Of a stretch of 64,000 nucleotides of DNA, positions 63,541 through 64,000 are shown one piece after another. The stretch is from Squalus acanthias. Its lineage: Eukaryota. Location: NCBI GenBank assembly GCA_030390025.1, contig CM059431.1, forward strand, positions 131,690,001-131,754,000, written 5' to 3'. How positions within the stretch are numbered: position 1 is the stretch's first letter; each line of letters begins with the position of its first letter. The notes beneath the pieces are model-generated. The model saw only the letters and a program-made list of their open reading frames with translations, made no database searches and was not told the origin of the DNA. The position numbers and the translations under genes are program-made.

Positions 63541-64000
63541 ACTTGTGGATGAGGCTAGTACCATTGTACCCAATATCTAAGGCAAGACCTGAACTTTTAG
63601 CAATAACTGAAAGTGATGCCTCAGTTCTAGCTCTCACCTGCACCCAGAGATTAACCCTGTAACATCTGTAATATTACCATCAGAAATATTATCATTTGAA
63701 CCATGTATGCTAAATTAAAGCTCCTTCACATTGTCGGAGCTCATCACCTACCACAACAAGTCAATCATCCTTTTCAACTGTTTTTAATGGGCCCTGATGC
63801 TCACCTACATTGATACGTGACTAAGATTGATCCTTTTTTATTGAAAAGTCGGATGAGCAGTGCATGTTCTAAATCTGTTAAAATGCAGCCAAGATGTAGC
63901 CTGCAGATCTGGCCCAAGCATTTGGCTGTAATGCCAATCACACCAGATGGGTGCTTCTTTGCACTACTCCTGATGGCTGTCTCAGGTAGATCCCATTTGA

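Overview
Eukaryotic, repeat-dominated DNA, most likely intronic or intergenic sequence from a cartilaginous fish (shark). The assignment rests on HE1-type V-SINEs, SacSINE1-type DeuSINEs and abundant CR1 LINEs. I found no recognisable host protein-coding exon, and nearly all informative ORFs are decayed transposon fragments. Contents: CR1, L2, RTE and Penelope-like retroelements, PIF/Harbinger, hAT and Tc1/pogo-type DNA elements with extensive nesting, a retroposed 28S rRNA 3' fragment, and a 3.5-kb 28-bp minisatellite with a 952-bp higher-order duplication. The main candidate for a new system is a multi-copy APE-RT LINE ('LINE-A' here). It has a tRNA-derived (Pol III A/B-box) head, no visible ORF1, and a sense strand essentially free of TTTT Pol III terminators, which suggests a Pol III-transcribed protein-coding retrotransposon; a SINE-like deletion derivative is also present. 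Several Penelope-associated minimal hammerhead ribozymes show covariation, including a TSD-flanked palindrome carrying one on each strand. All calls are by-eye pattern recognition, with no database searches.
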